Source: Nitrospirales bacterium (GTDB taxonomy: Bacteria > Nitrospirota > Nitrospiria > Nitrospirales > UBA8639). Taken from it: a DNA stretch of 64,000 nt. The notes below the pieces were generated by a model. It saw nothing but the letters and a program-made list of their open reading frames with translations. It was not told where the DNA came from and did no database searches. The DNA lies in assembly GCA_965203295.1 (NCBI GenBank), contig CBDBCZ010000016.1, positions 1,456,110 to 1,520,109 on the forward strand, in the 5' to 3' direction. The number at the start of each line of letters is the position of its first letter. Within the stretch, counting starts at the first letter, position 1. Below are positions 50,310-62,926 of the stretch, in pieces. Made by a program: the position numbers and the translations under genes.

Positions 50310-53300
50310 CCCTTTGGCAGAGGAGCAGTAAGTAAGCTTTATATGGCCACTAAACCTCCTAGTAGCACATGCCAGTAGGTCCCAGCAAATTCCAACTGTA
50401 ATTACTCTTTCACTAGGCCTCGCCCCATCTCTTAAACACGATCAATGTGCTATACTCAAACTTAGTCTGGATCAGTCTGCCAGGGTAATTAAACCACCAA
50501 AGACGCAGAACTGCGAACTAAGTAGTCACATTGCAAATTCTTCCGATATGATAGGCTTTCTGAGAGAGTAAAGAAATCCCGAAAAAACGGTCACTGTGAT
50601 GCTGTATCAACACTGGTAACTAGGTAACAAGGATAGGCTAAGTAGATTCCTAGGTAGCATATTGCTTGCATGAGGTACTGCAACATCATCAGGCTCATAA
50701 CATGGTTACATGCAAGTTTCTCTAGCCTTGTTGCTAGCCACTACCCACATAAGGACGTTTGTAGCTGCACAGAACGAGACATCGGTCAATGAAGAGCTTG
50801 TCCATGTACAGAAGAAGAAACACCATTGGGAGTTGCACTACAACTTACCCACACTTGTGATGCCCACCAGTATCCCAAGGGATGTCAACGTTGCCAGTAT
50901 CCCAAGGGATGCTATCAAGGCCACTAGGTTCTGTGGCTAAAACGTCTGACTTTGAGGACAGATTTACGATCGGTCCATTTATTTGCACCTCAGTTTAGGT
51001 TTCCAACATGCGAGAAACTAGATAACTATACTACAACATTTCAACCGAAACCACCAGTTTGCCATTGTGAGTGCTGCAGTAATATCACTGATTGACTACA
51101 TGCCTGCATAAATTATACTAGAATACAAAAGGCTACCAGTGTATAGAATTAAGGAGTACATGAGTATGTTTGTTGTTATCAACTACTCCTCCAATACTGA
51201 GCTGTCAGTAACATGCAGAAGGCATTTCAAAACCCTATATGGATAAACAATCACCCAGGAGTCACATACATGTCTTGACTAGTTGCCAGGCAATAAGCTA
51301 GGTCACTGACTGTCACTATGATGCTGTATCATAACTGGTAATTAGGCAACACTTTGAGGGCGTAATTGAGAACCATGGTAGGGCTTTCCACCCACACTAT
51401 CTTGTTTTTTTTTGCTAAGACTTTGAAGCTTGCGTCATACAGAGTCACTGGTAAGCCAAACAAGTGCCACAATTGTCAATTGCTTGTTTACCCACCTGAC
51501 TAGTTGCCAGGAAATGTCAATAAACAATCACCCGGGAGACTCATGCATGACTAGTCGCCAGGCAATATGCTACGTCACTGACTGTTTATACACAATACCA
51601 AATATGGTCCAGAGTCACTATGATGCTGTATCAACACTGGTAACTAGGCAACAAAGTTTCCTAGGTAGCACATTGCCCCTACATTGCATGAGCTACCTTA
51701 CTCATACAGGTCACATACAAGCCAAACAAGTGCCCCAACTACCAATAATAGTGACTCTTGAACCATTACATTGCAAGCGTTTCCGGACGTTTTTCCCTAG
51801 CCTTGTTCCTAGACTCCACTACCCATATCAGGACATTTGTAGCTGTACAGAACGAGACAGTACATCAGCCAAAAAAGCGCTTGTCCATTCACAGAAAGAG
51901 AAACACCATTGGAAGATGCAGTACAACTTGCCCACATTTGTGATGCTTACCAAGGGTGACAGTCAGTGACCCTATAGCTTGTTGCCTGGCCACTAGTCAA
52001 GGCTAGTTAACATGTATGCGTCTTTTGGGTGATTGTTTATATCATACACACAAGCTGTTCAAGCTCCTTCTGCAGTTGCTGGTGGCAAATATATCATTAC
52101 ACAAACTGTAGCTGTATGTCACTCCGCCACTTTCCAAATGTACATTTAGCAAGGAGCTGGTTGTCGTTTACTTGCATGCACATGCAAAGAATGAGTTCTT
52201 TGGTCCCACCATGTTCGGAAATGTACAGTGCTGGTATATTTTGTTTTCTGCATGCAAGTAGATGACAGCCCTAAAAAAAAAAGCGACATGCAGCCATAGT
52301 TTGTGTGAATAATTATAAGGTTTATGTATTCTTTTTAAGAAAAGTCAGTTGGTAAAATAATTGTTCACATTTTACTTTGTAGCTTCATTGCAAGTGACAC
52401 TTTGTTATCCCTCACACAAGTATTTTAGCTACTGGTGGGCATCGCAAATGTGGGCAAGTTGTAGTGCATCTTCCAATGGTGTTTCTCTTTCTGTGAATGG
52501 ACAAGCACTTTTTTGGCTGATGTACTGTCTCGTTCTGTGCAGCTACAAATGTCCTGATATGGGTAGTGGAGTCTAGGAACAAGGCTAGGGAAAAACATCC
52601 GGAATAACGTCCGAAACGCTTGCAATGTAATGGTTCAAGGGTCACTATAATTGACAGTTGGGCCACTTGTTTGGCTTGAATGTGACCTGTATGAGTGAGT
52701 AAAGTAGCTCATGCAATGTGGGGGCAATGTGCTACCTAGGAAACTTTGTTGCCTAGCTACCAGTGTTGATACAGCATCATACTGACTCTGGACCATATTT
52801 GGAATTGTGTATAAACATTGAATGAAATAGCGTATTGCCTGGCAACTACATGTAGTCAAAGCTAGTATGCATACATGAGTCTCCTGGGTGATTGTTTATT
52901 GACATTGACTTTGTTTTGGAGCACTGTACATTTCCTGGCAAAACAAGCAATTGACAATTGTGGCACTTGTTTGGCTTACCTGTGACTCTGTATGACTTAG
53001 CAAGCTTCAAAGTCTTAACCAAAAAACAGGATAGTGTGGGTGGAAAATCCTGCCATGGTTCTCAAATTACACCCTTAAAGCGTTGTCTAGATACCAGTTA
53101 TGATACAGCATCATAGTGACAGTCAGTGACCTAGCATATTGCCTGGCAACTAGTCAAGACATGTATGTGACTCCTGGGTGATTGTTTATCCATATAGGGT
53201 TTTGATTTGCCTTGTGCATGTTGCTGACAGCAAAGATACCATTACACAAACTGTAGCTGCATGTCACTCCGCCATTTTCCATTTAGCAAGGAGCGAGCTG

Positions 53301-55671
53301 TCATCTACATGTACTTACTTGCACATGCAGAGAATTAGTTGTTTGATCCCACCTTCTCACCTTCTCTGCATGCAAGTGGATGACAGCCCTTTCTTTGTTA
53401 AATGTATATTCGGACAAAAAGCGAAGCGACATGCACCTATAGTATTCTATAAGGTTTCAGTATCTGTTGAATTATTGTGAGGACTAAAGTCAGTTGGTAA
53501 AATTAATGTTCACATTCATTACTTTGTAGCTTCATTGCAAGTGACACCCTGTTAGCTATATCGCTTCACATTCTGAGCTGCTTTAGAATTTAGTTTTGCA
53601 CTGGATAGAATTTTTCTGCATGTGAAGCCATACATGTAGCTTCCTTTGCTCATCAAAGCCATGTTAAAGAGTAGTTTCCTGCATTAGGTAACCATAATAT
53701 GTACAGGATAGACCTTCACCCAACCGTTGGTTGTGTGCCAGTGTTATTCAGAGGCAAAGCCAAGGAATAAATACAAGTGGGTTTAGCTATTATGTGTAGC
53801 ACTTGCTCTGTGATTTGCACAATATAAATAAGTTGTAGACACCTCATCATACCGTACGTATAAAGCGCTCATGGGCAGGGAACCTTAGAATGCAGCGGAA
53901 AAGGGGGGTGGGCACTTACTACGTATTCGTCCGCAAACGGCATGTAGTATCTGCCCACCACCCTGGAAGTGAGGAATCTTCACCATAATATATTTTCTAC
54001 CATGAACGTTTGATTATTATATTCCATTGAGGTAAAGTCAATGTGAACGTTTGATTATTATATTCCATTGAGGGTAAAACTGTTGATAAATGTTTACTTT
54101 TATAAGTTTGTACATTGCAAGCGAAATATTGTTAGCTATATTCTAATATAGGTGATTAAAGATACATTTCAGGCTTATCGAATCAACAGATGTTTCCATG
54201 CAAACCAATGCCACAATTGTCAATTACAAAGTTCCTTGAACCACTACATTGTAAATAGGTTTTTATCCCCTTATACAGGCAAATAGGTTTCACTCCCCTT
54301 TCTTCCGCTTATAGGGAACGTTTTCCGCTTAGAGGGAACCTTCCCTCTAAGCGAAAGTGGGCTGGCCCGCGAGACTAGTCTGGGACAGTATGGCCTAGGA
54401 TCCATCTGTTGCCTCACTTGATTCCCAAAGCCTGGCACACTAAATGAGACTCCATGCATACCAAATCGGTTAGGTACCCGACGGACTGAAGGTGTGGTCA
54501 GCTGGAACGATACTGCCCTTTAGCTTTGTGCTTCGGTAGATATCACATGGCACATGCAGGTTTCCGCTGGGGGCAAGATCCAAAGGTTACGCATTTTTTT
54601 TATTGACAAGTCTGACAGCAGTACATAACAGTTGACAAACAGATTTGTTTGGGAGGAGTCAGACTCCTCCCCTAAGACAAGTAGCTCAAGGGTCATGATG
54701 GTTCACAACTACAAAGGAAGATTTGCCATGGAGGCATCATCAATGGATGCAAAGGCATGCTCAGCAGGAGTGCCATTCACCAACTCTGCAGGGATCTGCT
54801 AGAAACTCACTGGCATGACTAAACTCTGCCACTTTGCTCAGCAATAGGCACATTAGTCAAAGAAGATATTGCTAGCCATCAAACTGGACTAAGGTCCTGT
54901 AAGTGTGATCAAGCTAGCCACTCAACAGCAAATATGAAGTGGGTATGGCTCTAGCAAAGGGGTTACCACTAATTGTCCTGATTGTGCATGGGGTTCAAGA
55001 CTGTTTGAGCTATAGGCCTAGGCTAGTTCATACCTATCACTGCTATCAATACATACAGATGTGCCATGCAGGAATGCAATGGAAGTGGGAGGGACAGGAA
55101 TGTTAGATTATGCCCTTTACCCATGTTAACTGCATGAACAGCAAAGGAAAACCCTTTCCATGATTCTGTGAAATTAATAAAGTAAGCCAGAATTAATCTT
55201 ACAATTTAGTAGTAGTTAGTAGGTTGCCAAAAGCAGTAAACCTCTACATGCATGTCAGCTGAATTTCAGCGACAAGCAGAATGAACTTGAACACCCTATT
55301 TGTATAAGAAGACTCACACATTTACTTGTTGTTGGGGGAAAACAGTGAACTTAAGCAGTGATGGGAGGCTGAACCTGAGCATGCTAGTAGCTATGCGAGA
55401 CTAACTGCGGTAAAGTGAGGCTTGCGCATACGTAATTCAGAGATGCCAGTTGGTTATGGAAAGACAATAACAAAAAACAGTATAGCTGATACAAAAAAAA
55501 ACGTACGAAGTGGAAACATATATTGCTACCTTAATAATAATGTGAATGTTGACACAATGTACAGCTCAGTAAATACTCAAATACATGTGCATGTATAAAG
55601 AAGGCATGAGAGCAGTGTTAAACAGTTGTATAAGTGCCATTAATCAGCAACAATACAGAGGTAGGCTGAAG

Positions 55672-56844
55672 CTACTGAACGTAGAGTTCAATTACTTCAA
55701 GAGGAGTATCTTCCCGGCTCCTTATCACACCAGGTCGCAATATACGATTGCCTGTTCGGAAGGAAGCACACAGTCTCACATCTATATTATCAGTGGTGGG
55801 TGCAATGTCTGTGCGGAAGTAGGGAGGTCTGTTGAACTGACAGCAAGTGTTACGTCGCCCGCAACCTCTACCGTCCCACAGTGGGGCTTCAAGGTGAAAT
55901 CGGTCCTCTGGCACGCCGGTGGCCTGGCTTCCGGTATCACAGAAGAAATTTCTCCCAATATATGGGGGTACTAGTGGTAGTACATCTCCCGATGGTGTTT
56001 CTCCTTCCGTGCAGGGACAAGCTCTTCTACTGTCCGCAAACTCGCTCTGTGCAGCTGCAAATGTCCAGATATGGGTACGATGTCCACTCTGTCCGTGTGT
56101 GATGCTAACTCCGTCGACATATTCCTCATCGATAGTGGCATTGGTCTCATCATAGAAGATGAAACCATCAGGTGCTTCACGTTGATACCCGATAACCTTA
56201 CCACACACGCGAGAGTACTCCACACCTTGCACACTGTAGGGAACAGCATCACAGCCTGGCATCCTGCGGTTTTCAACTCGGGTGCACAGCCTCCTTGAGC
56301 TGTCGCCTGGTGGTGAAATTGTCACCAAAGGCTGGGGACAGGAGTTGCACTGGGTATTGTTCATGTTGAGATTGGCCACCCTCATCCACCCCCTGGAGCC
56401 ACCACACGATCGGTCGTCATCATGGACCTCCAGATCACAGTAGACCAGCACAGCATCACGTACCGTATTTCTTATCCAGTAGTTGCCAGAGGTTGCACAG
56501 GAGCAGCGGGCAGCCAGATCCTGGCAGGAAGCTGCAGGGTTCTGAGGTGTTCCGATACTGCAGCACGAAAGAATGTTTTCTTCAAAGCTATCGCATGCGC
56601 AGGTCCTGAAATTGGCACGAGGAGGTGGGGTTACGGTAGGGTCTTCACAGCAGTTACACTGCTTGTCTTGTAGTGTCGTGTTGATGTCGGTCAGCCGTCG
56701 TAGGATCTCCTGTGTTGAACTGTCGATTTCTTCTCTGCACGAATGGTCTTCTACTTCAACTGCATTGCACCTGTACAGTTGTTGGCTACTGACTGTGGTG
56801 AGAATACCACAGATAGCTAGGATCAGAAGTGCCTTGTTGAACAT
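55672..56844 (-). CDS. Copy G: same family, 390 aa, protein identical to D
   Basis: Intact ORF at offset 24145 from D. Confidence 0.88.
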   Translation of the reverse strand: MFNKALLILAICGILTTVSSQQLYRCNAVEVEDHSCREEIDSSTQEILRRLTDINTTLQDKQCNCCEDPTVTPPPRANFRTCACDSFEENILSCCSIGTPQNPAASCQDLAARCSCATSGNYWIRNTVRDAVLVYCDLEVHDDDRSCGGSRGWMRVANLNMNNTQCNSCPQPLVTISPPGDSSRRLCTRVENRRMPGCDAVPYSVQGVEYSRVCGKVIGYQREAPDGFIFYDETNATIDEEYVDGVSITHGQSGHRTHIWTFAAAQSEFADSRRACPCTEGETPSGDVLPLVPPYIGRNFFCDTGSQATGVPEDRFHLEAPLWDGRGCGRRNTCCQFNRPPYFRTDIAPTTDNIDVRLCASFRTGNRILRPGVIRSREDTPLEVIELYVQ

Positions 56845-59800
56845 TCTCTTTTCTCAAGTGAGGAGTAGCTGATGGAGAATCGAAGCTGGTATATTTATCC
56901 ACTTTGTTTAGGTAGCTGTGAGATTTGCTGCCTTGTGACAAAAGACATTCATTTATATAGTCTCAAAATGAATCTGCACAAGTGGCAAGAGTCCACAGTG
57001 CAAAGAAAAGACTTCCAAATATGGCCTGGATGGTGTAATTGACACTTGTTTGGCTTGGTTGTGATGCTGTATGACTGAAGCAAGCTTCATAAAACATGAT
57101 TGTGTGGGTTGAAAAATTCTTCTCAAATTAGGAAGTGTTGCCTAGTTACCAGTTATCATAGTGACCTCAGTGACCTAGCTCATTTCCTGGCAACTAGTCA
57201 AGGCTAGTAAACATGTATGCATCTCCTGGGTGATTGTTTATGCACGTAGTGTTTTCAAGCTCCTTCTGCAGTTGCTGGTAGCAAATATATGGAAATACTA
57301 TTTGCGATTCATGGGTCAACACAGAGGCAGATGTAAATGTGATGAAGTACGACTAAAACAAGCTTAAAAGGCGTAAGCTAATCAAAACAACCTGATGAGG
57401 TAGGCACATCTCAAATTCTGCTACAAGTGGCTCGTGGAACAAAGTCTAGAATGTGGTTACCTAACAAATTATTATATACCTGTTGCACAGCCTCAGGACA
57501 CTGCACCATGAAGCAAAATAAGTGGCAATGCAGAAAGCTATATGTATATGTATATGAAGACAGTAGTCTTCTGGAAGCCTTGACTATATTGTTACCAGGC
57601 AGTATACATGTATAAGAGTCATTGTTTATACACCACCCCAAATATGGTCTGGAGTCAACAGAAAGAATTATGGTGCCCATCAAAGCTGGTAACTAGGCAA
57701 CTGATATAGGTATGGTTCCTAGGTAGCCACCTATGTCAAGGTCAGGGTGTCCTGACAGTCTCTAAACAGCTAAAATACCTGCCTGAGGGCACTAACCAGC
57801 TTTGACTATGGTTTCCAGCTTTCAATTTCTCGATATGAAATATAAAATTTTGATGAGGGGTCTAGTAGATATTTTAAACAACTCATTCATACTGTGCAAA
57901 CCACAGAGCAAATGCTACACACATAACCCACTTGTATTCATTCCTTGGCTTTGCCTCGGAATAACATTGTCACACAACCCGCAGTTGGGTGTTGGTCTGT
58001 CCTGTATATTATGGTTACCTTATGCAGGAAACTACTCTTCATGGTACCTAAGCCTGAAAAGTGGCTTTGATGAGCAATGAATGTACATGTATGGCTTCAC
58101 ATTCAGAAAAATTCTCGCAGAACTAAATTCTGAAGAACCTCAGAATGTGAAGCGATATATAGCTAACAATTAAGGTGTCACTTGCAATGAAGCTTACCTT
58201 CTCACCTTCTTTGCATGCAAGTGAATGACAGTCCTCTCCTTGTTTAATGTATATTCGAAAAAAAGGAAAGCGACATGCAGCTATAATTGTGTGATAATCT
58301 ACAAGGGTTTCGGTATCTGTTTAATTATTGTATTCTTTGGAGGACAAAAATCAGTTTGTGAAATTAATGTTCACATGCAGTATTTTGTGGGACCAAACAA
58401 CTCATTCTCTGCACGTGCATGCAAGTGGATAACAGCTCGCTCCTTGCTAAACGGAAAATGGCGGAGTGACATGCATCTACAGTTTGTGTGATGGTAACTT
58501 TGCTGTTAGCAACATGCAGAAGGAGTTCCAAATATGGCCATAGAATGGTTTGGGTTCAAGTATCTCTGTAATTGACAATTGTGCCACTTGTTTGTCTTAC
58601 TTGTGGGGGAATTAGACTTTGCCCCCTCTCTCCTGTTGCCTAGCTACCAGTTTTGGTACAGCATCATAGTGACCACACTTGGTGTGTTCTCAGTCAGTGA
58701 CGTAGCTTATTGCCTGGCAACTAGTCAAGGCTAGTAAGAATGCAGGAGTATCCTGGGTGATTGCTTATCCATCTAGGGTGTTTAAGCTCCTGCATGTTGC
58801 TGGTGGCAAAAGATATACTCTAACCTTTATCACACAAACTGTAGCAGCATGTCAGGCTATTTGTCCGAATGTACATTTAGCAAGGAGAGGGCAGTCATAT
58901 TTCTGCGTGTGGAAAATGATTATGTTTGGTCAAACCTCTTCTGGAAATGTACAGTGCTCCAAACGAAAGTTAATGATTATTGTATTCTTTTGAGGGCAAA
59001 CGTCAGTTGGTAAAATCTATGTTCACACCCATTACTTTGAAAAAAGCCACACTTCATGCCCATGAAAAGTAGTTTCCTGCATTAGTTCACCTAAACTGAG
59101 GTGAAAGGAGATGGACCGATCACAAATCTGTCCTCAGAGTAAGACTGTTTAGCCACAGAACTCATGAGAATGGTAAGTGAGGAGATGAAAAAAGTACCTT
59201 GCAAGAAACCCTTGCAAGGTACTAGTGGCTAGGAACGAGCCTAGGGAAAAACTTCCATATAAGGTAATGAAACAATGTAATAGTTCAAGGGTCACTGTAA
59301 TTGACAATTAGGGCACTTGTTTGGCTTGTATGTGACCTGTATGAGTGAGTAAGGTAGCTCATGCAATGTACAGGCAATGTGCTACCTAAGAAACCTTGTT
59401 GCCTAGTTACTAGTGTTGATGCAGCATCACAGTGACTCTGGACCATATTTGGTATTGCGTATAAACATTCAGTGATGTAGCATATTGCCTGGCAACTAGT
59501 CAAGGCTACATGAGTCTCCATGGTGATTGTTTATTGACATTGACTAATTTTGAAGCGCTGTAGCTACATTTCCTGTTTTTTGGCTGTAGCTACATTTCCT
59601 GTTTTTTGGCTTACCTGTGACTCCTTATGACTTAAGCAAGCTTTAAAGTCTTAGCCAAAAAAAAACAGGATGGTGTGGGTGGAAAACCCTACCATGGTTC
59701 TCAAATTACACCCTCAAAGTGTTGCCTAGTTACCAGTTATGATACAGCATCACAGTGACAGTCAGTGACCTCCTGGCAATTAGTCTAGACATGTATGTAA

Positions 59801-60295
59801 CTCCTGGGTGATTGTTTGTACACATAGGGTGGTGAAACTCCTTCTGCATGTTGCTGACAGCAAAGATACCATTACACAAACTGTAGCTGCATGTCACTCC
59901 GCCATTTTCCACATGTACATTTAGCAGGGAGCTGATTGTCATCTACTTGCATGCACATGCAGAGAATGATCCCACCTTTTTCGGAAATGTACAGTGGTCC
60001 AATATTTCATTTTCTGCATACAAGTAAATGACAGCTCTCTCCTTGTTAAATGTATATTCGGACAAAAAACGAAGCGACATGCGGCTATAGTTTGTGCGAT
60101 AAACTATAAAGTTTCAGTATCTGTTTAATTATTGTATTCTTTTTATGACAAAAATCAGTTGGTGAAATTAATGTTCACATCCATTACTTTGTTGCTTCAT
60201 TGCAAGTGACACTTTGTTTGCTATTGCTTCACATCCTGAACTGATTAATTTTGCACTGGTTAGAATTTTTCTGTATGTGAAGCCGTACATATGTA

Positions 60296-62926
60296 GAATG
60301 TCATGAGAGGATAGATACATGAACGGTAACAATATTAAGATACCTGAAGAAATGATTCAATTGCCAACATTTTATTGGCTCCCCAAGATGCGCAAAACAC
60401 CAGTAGGCAGTAGATTTATAGCTGCCTCAAGTAGCTGTACCACAAAACCATTATCTAAATTACTGACTACCTTCCTTATTATCCACCACTACAAAGAATA
60501 TAATGAAGGGCTAACTAAAAAGTCGGGTGCAAATGGTTTTTGGATTGTCAATAATTCTACACAGGTACTTAATAAATTGCGTAAACTGAATGACACTACT
60601 ACAGCTAGTCACTTTGACAGTTTTGATTTTTCTACCTTTTATACTAATATCCCACACGACTTATTGATTGATTGCTTGGATAACTTAGTTAAAGAGGCCT
60701 ATCGGGTTAGGGGTGCTACATATATTTCAGTAGGTTACAAAACCTTCTGGTCCGATAAAACCTATAGAGGGCATACTAACATTACTTTAGATAAGATTAT
60801 AGAATACATACGATTTCTGATAAACAATATATACATTAAAGTTGGTAACAGAGTGTTTAAACAAACAATCGGAATACCTATGGGTACGGACTGTGCACCA
60901 CTACTGGCTAACCTTTTCCTCTTTTTTTAGGAGTATAAGTACGTTAAAGATAAACTTAAAACTAATCCTAGTGAAGCTAGGCTGCTCAGACGTACTGTTA
61001 GATACATTGACGACTTGCTCACACTGAATAACCCCACCTTTGAACAGGAAATACCAAAATATTTACCCCCCACAACTACAATTAAAGAAAACTACTGAAA
61101 CTCCAGTGAAATTATCTTACTTGGATATCTGCATAGAAATAAAAGAAAGAAAATTTAAAACTTCGGTCTATGACAAAAGAGATGCCTTTAACTTTCATAT
61201 ACCGTAGAATCGAGAGTATAGCGACCCATCAATTACAGCAACCCCATATGTAGAACAACCCGTCATCATTTCACCGCCCACTTCCTGAATAGTATGACCT
61301 CTCCAGTACAACAACCTCATGAATAATTTTACCTATCACAACTGTTATTACTGCAGCAACTGTTCTAAATATCCGTCTAAATTTCAAAATTCATTACTAA
61401 CATTTGATAACCAGCGCTCAGCATGCAGCGTGTAGAGATCGAAAAATGTAGTTTGCAAGGCTGCAAAACTCTTGCATGAAAGGCCATCATGTTTTCTAGA
61501 GTGAATCAAGACCTGGAGATACATTTTCCTGTGTTGGAGAACCTGGTAACCTCACAGTCCAGACGCAGTGATTGTGAAACTTAGCAATAGCAGCAATGTC
61601 GGCCATGTTCCAGACCTGCTCGCCCGTGTTTTGGCACCTATGCTGCAAGATAGAACGCATGGAGGGAACTGATTGCTACGCTCAATGCTACCCGCTTTAT
61701 ATTACCCCATAAAACATGAACCCCAGGAATATAACAACCCATTGGCTGTACTAATTCTGAATAGAACGACCGGTCGTTATACTCCCGATTCTACAGTAGT
61801 TAATTTTCCTTTCCTAGATAGTAATATCCCCACTAAGCCAGCATACGGAGTTTATATCTCCCAGTTAGTAAGAATAGGTAGAATATGTGGCCAATATGAA
61901 GATTTAAGAATAGACACCACTTACTGGCTAATAGACTACTTAAACAGGGCTATAAGTACGACCAATTATGTTTATATTTCAAAAGGTTTAGTAGTAAATA
62001 TCTTTGCTAAATTTAAGGTGACCCTAAAAAAACATATTAAAGATAGTATACCACTGCCTCTAGCTACCATGGGAAGACTTAATAGACTGGTTACAGTTAG
62101 GTAACTAGCTAAATGTTAGTGGGGTGCTCTAGATAGGAAGAGGAAATGATGTCACAGATTGTTTATATGTCTGTAGTTTTTGAATTTCTAGGCAGTTTTA
62201 ACATTTGTAGTCAGTTTTTAGTTAGTTTTTGCAAGAGGAGTTTCAAGAACTGGATGGGGAGTATTTAACAAGGAGGAATGGTGTTGGGGTAAGATATAGA
62301 AGCTAGAGCCTAAAAGTGAGTTATATACAGCACCCTGTGGTTATGTAACAACATGCTATATAGGAGCTGGGCCCCGGGAGGGCTGGGGGCTGCTTGGTTC
62401 GGGGCCGCTTGACAATTTTTAAAGTTTCATAAGCTTTTTAACCTTTTTAACTTTTTGTAGGAGATTTCTCCGAAGGGTTTTTTTTAACAGAGGCAAGACC
62501 TATTTAGTCCCCTTTTTTAACCTTTTTAAGAAAATTTTTTAACTATTTTTCAAATTTTTGACTTTCTGCGGTCACGGGCTGGGTGGTCTCTGGTTTTTTC
62601 CGGGTCCCGGGTTCCCTTGGTTACGATCGGAGCTTTTTCTACTCTTTCTATTCTTTTCTCTATTTCTCTATTTCATGATTTCTATTTTTCTACTTTCCAT
62701 TTGGATTTTATTATGCCTGATTTGTAATATGCTCAATTAGATAAGTCATGTGTTTAACTAGATTGTAATATAAGGGGCTGCAGTAGTGTAGATATAGTTT
62801 CGTGGGTTAGGATAGGTATAAGGACTGTTTTAGGTTTTAGGCCTCAAGCTAGTGAGTGCAATAATAATGATTAGGATACCCTTTCAGTTTTCATGTATAT
62901 TCAGTTTTCATGTATATTCCATAGCC
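60296..62926 (+). mobile_element. Penelope-like (Naiad-type) retroelement, copy 3
   Basis: Matches copy 2 at offset 24145. Confidence 0.85.
61202..61796. mobile_element. TA-TSD MITE inside RT, copy 3
   Basis: Same TIRs and insertion site. Confidence 0.88.
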
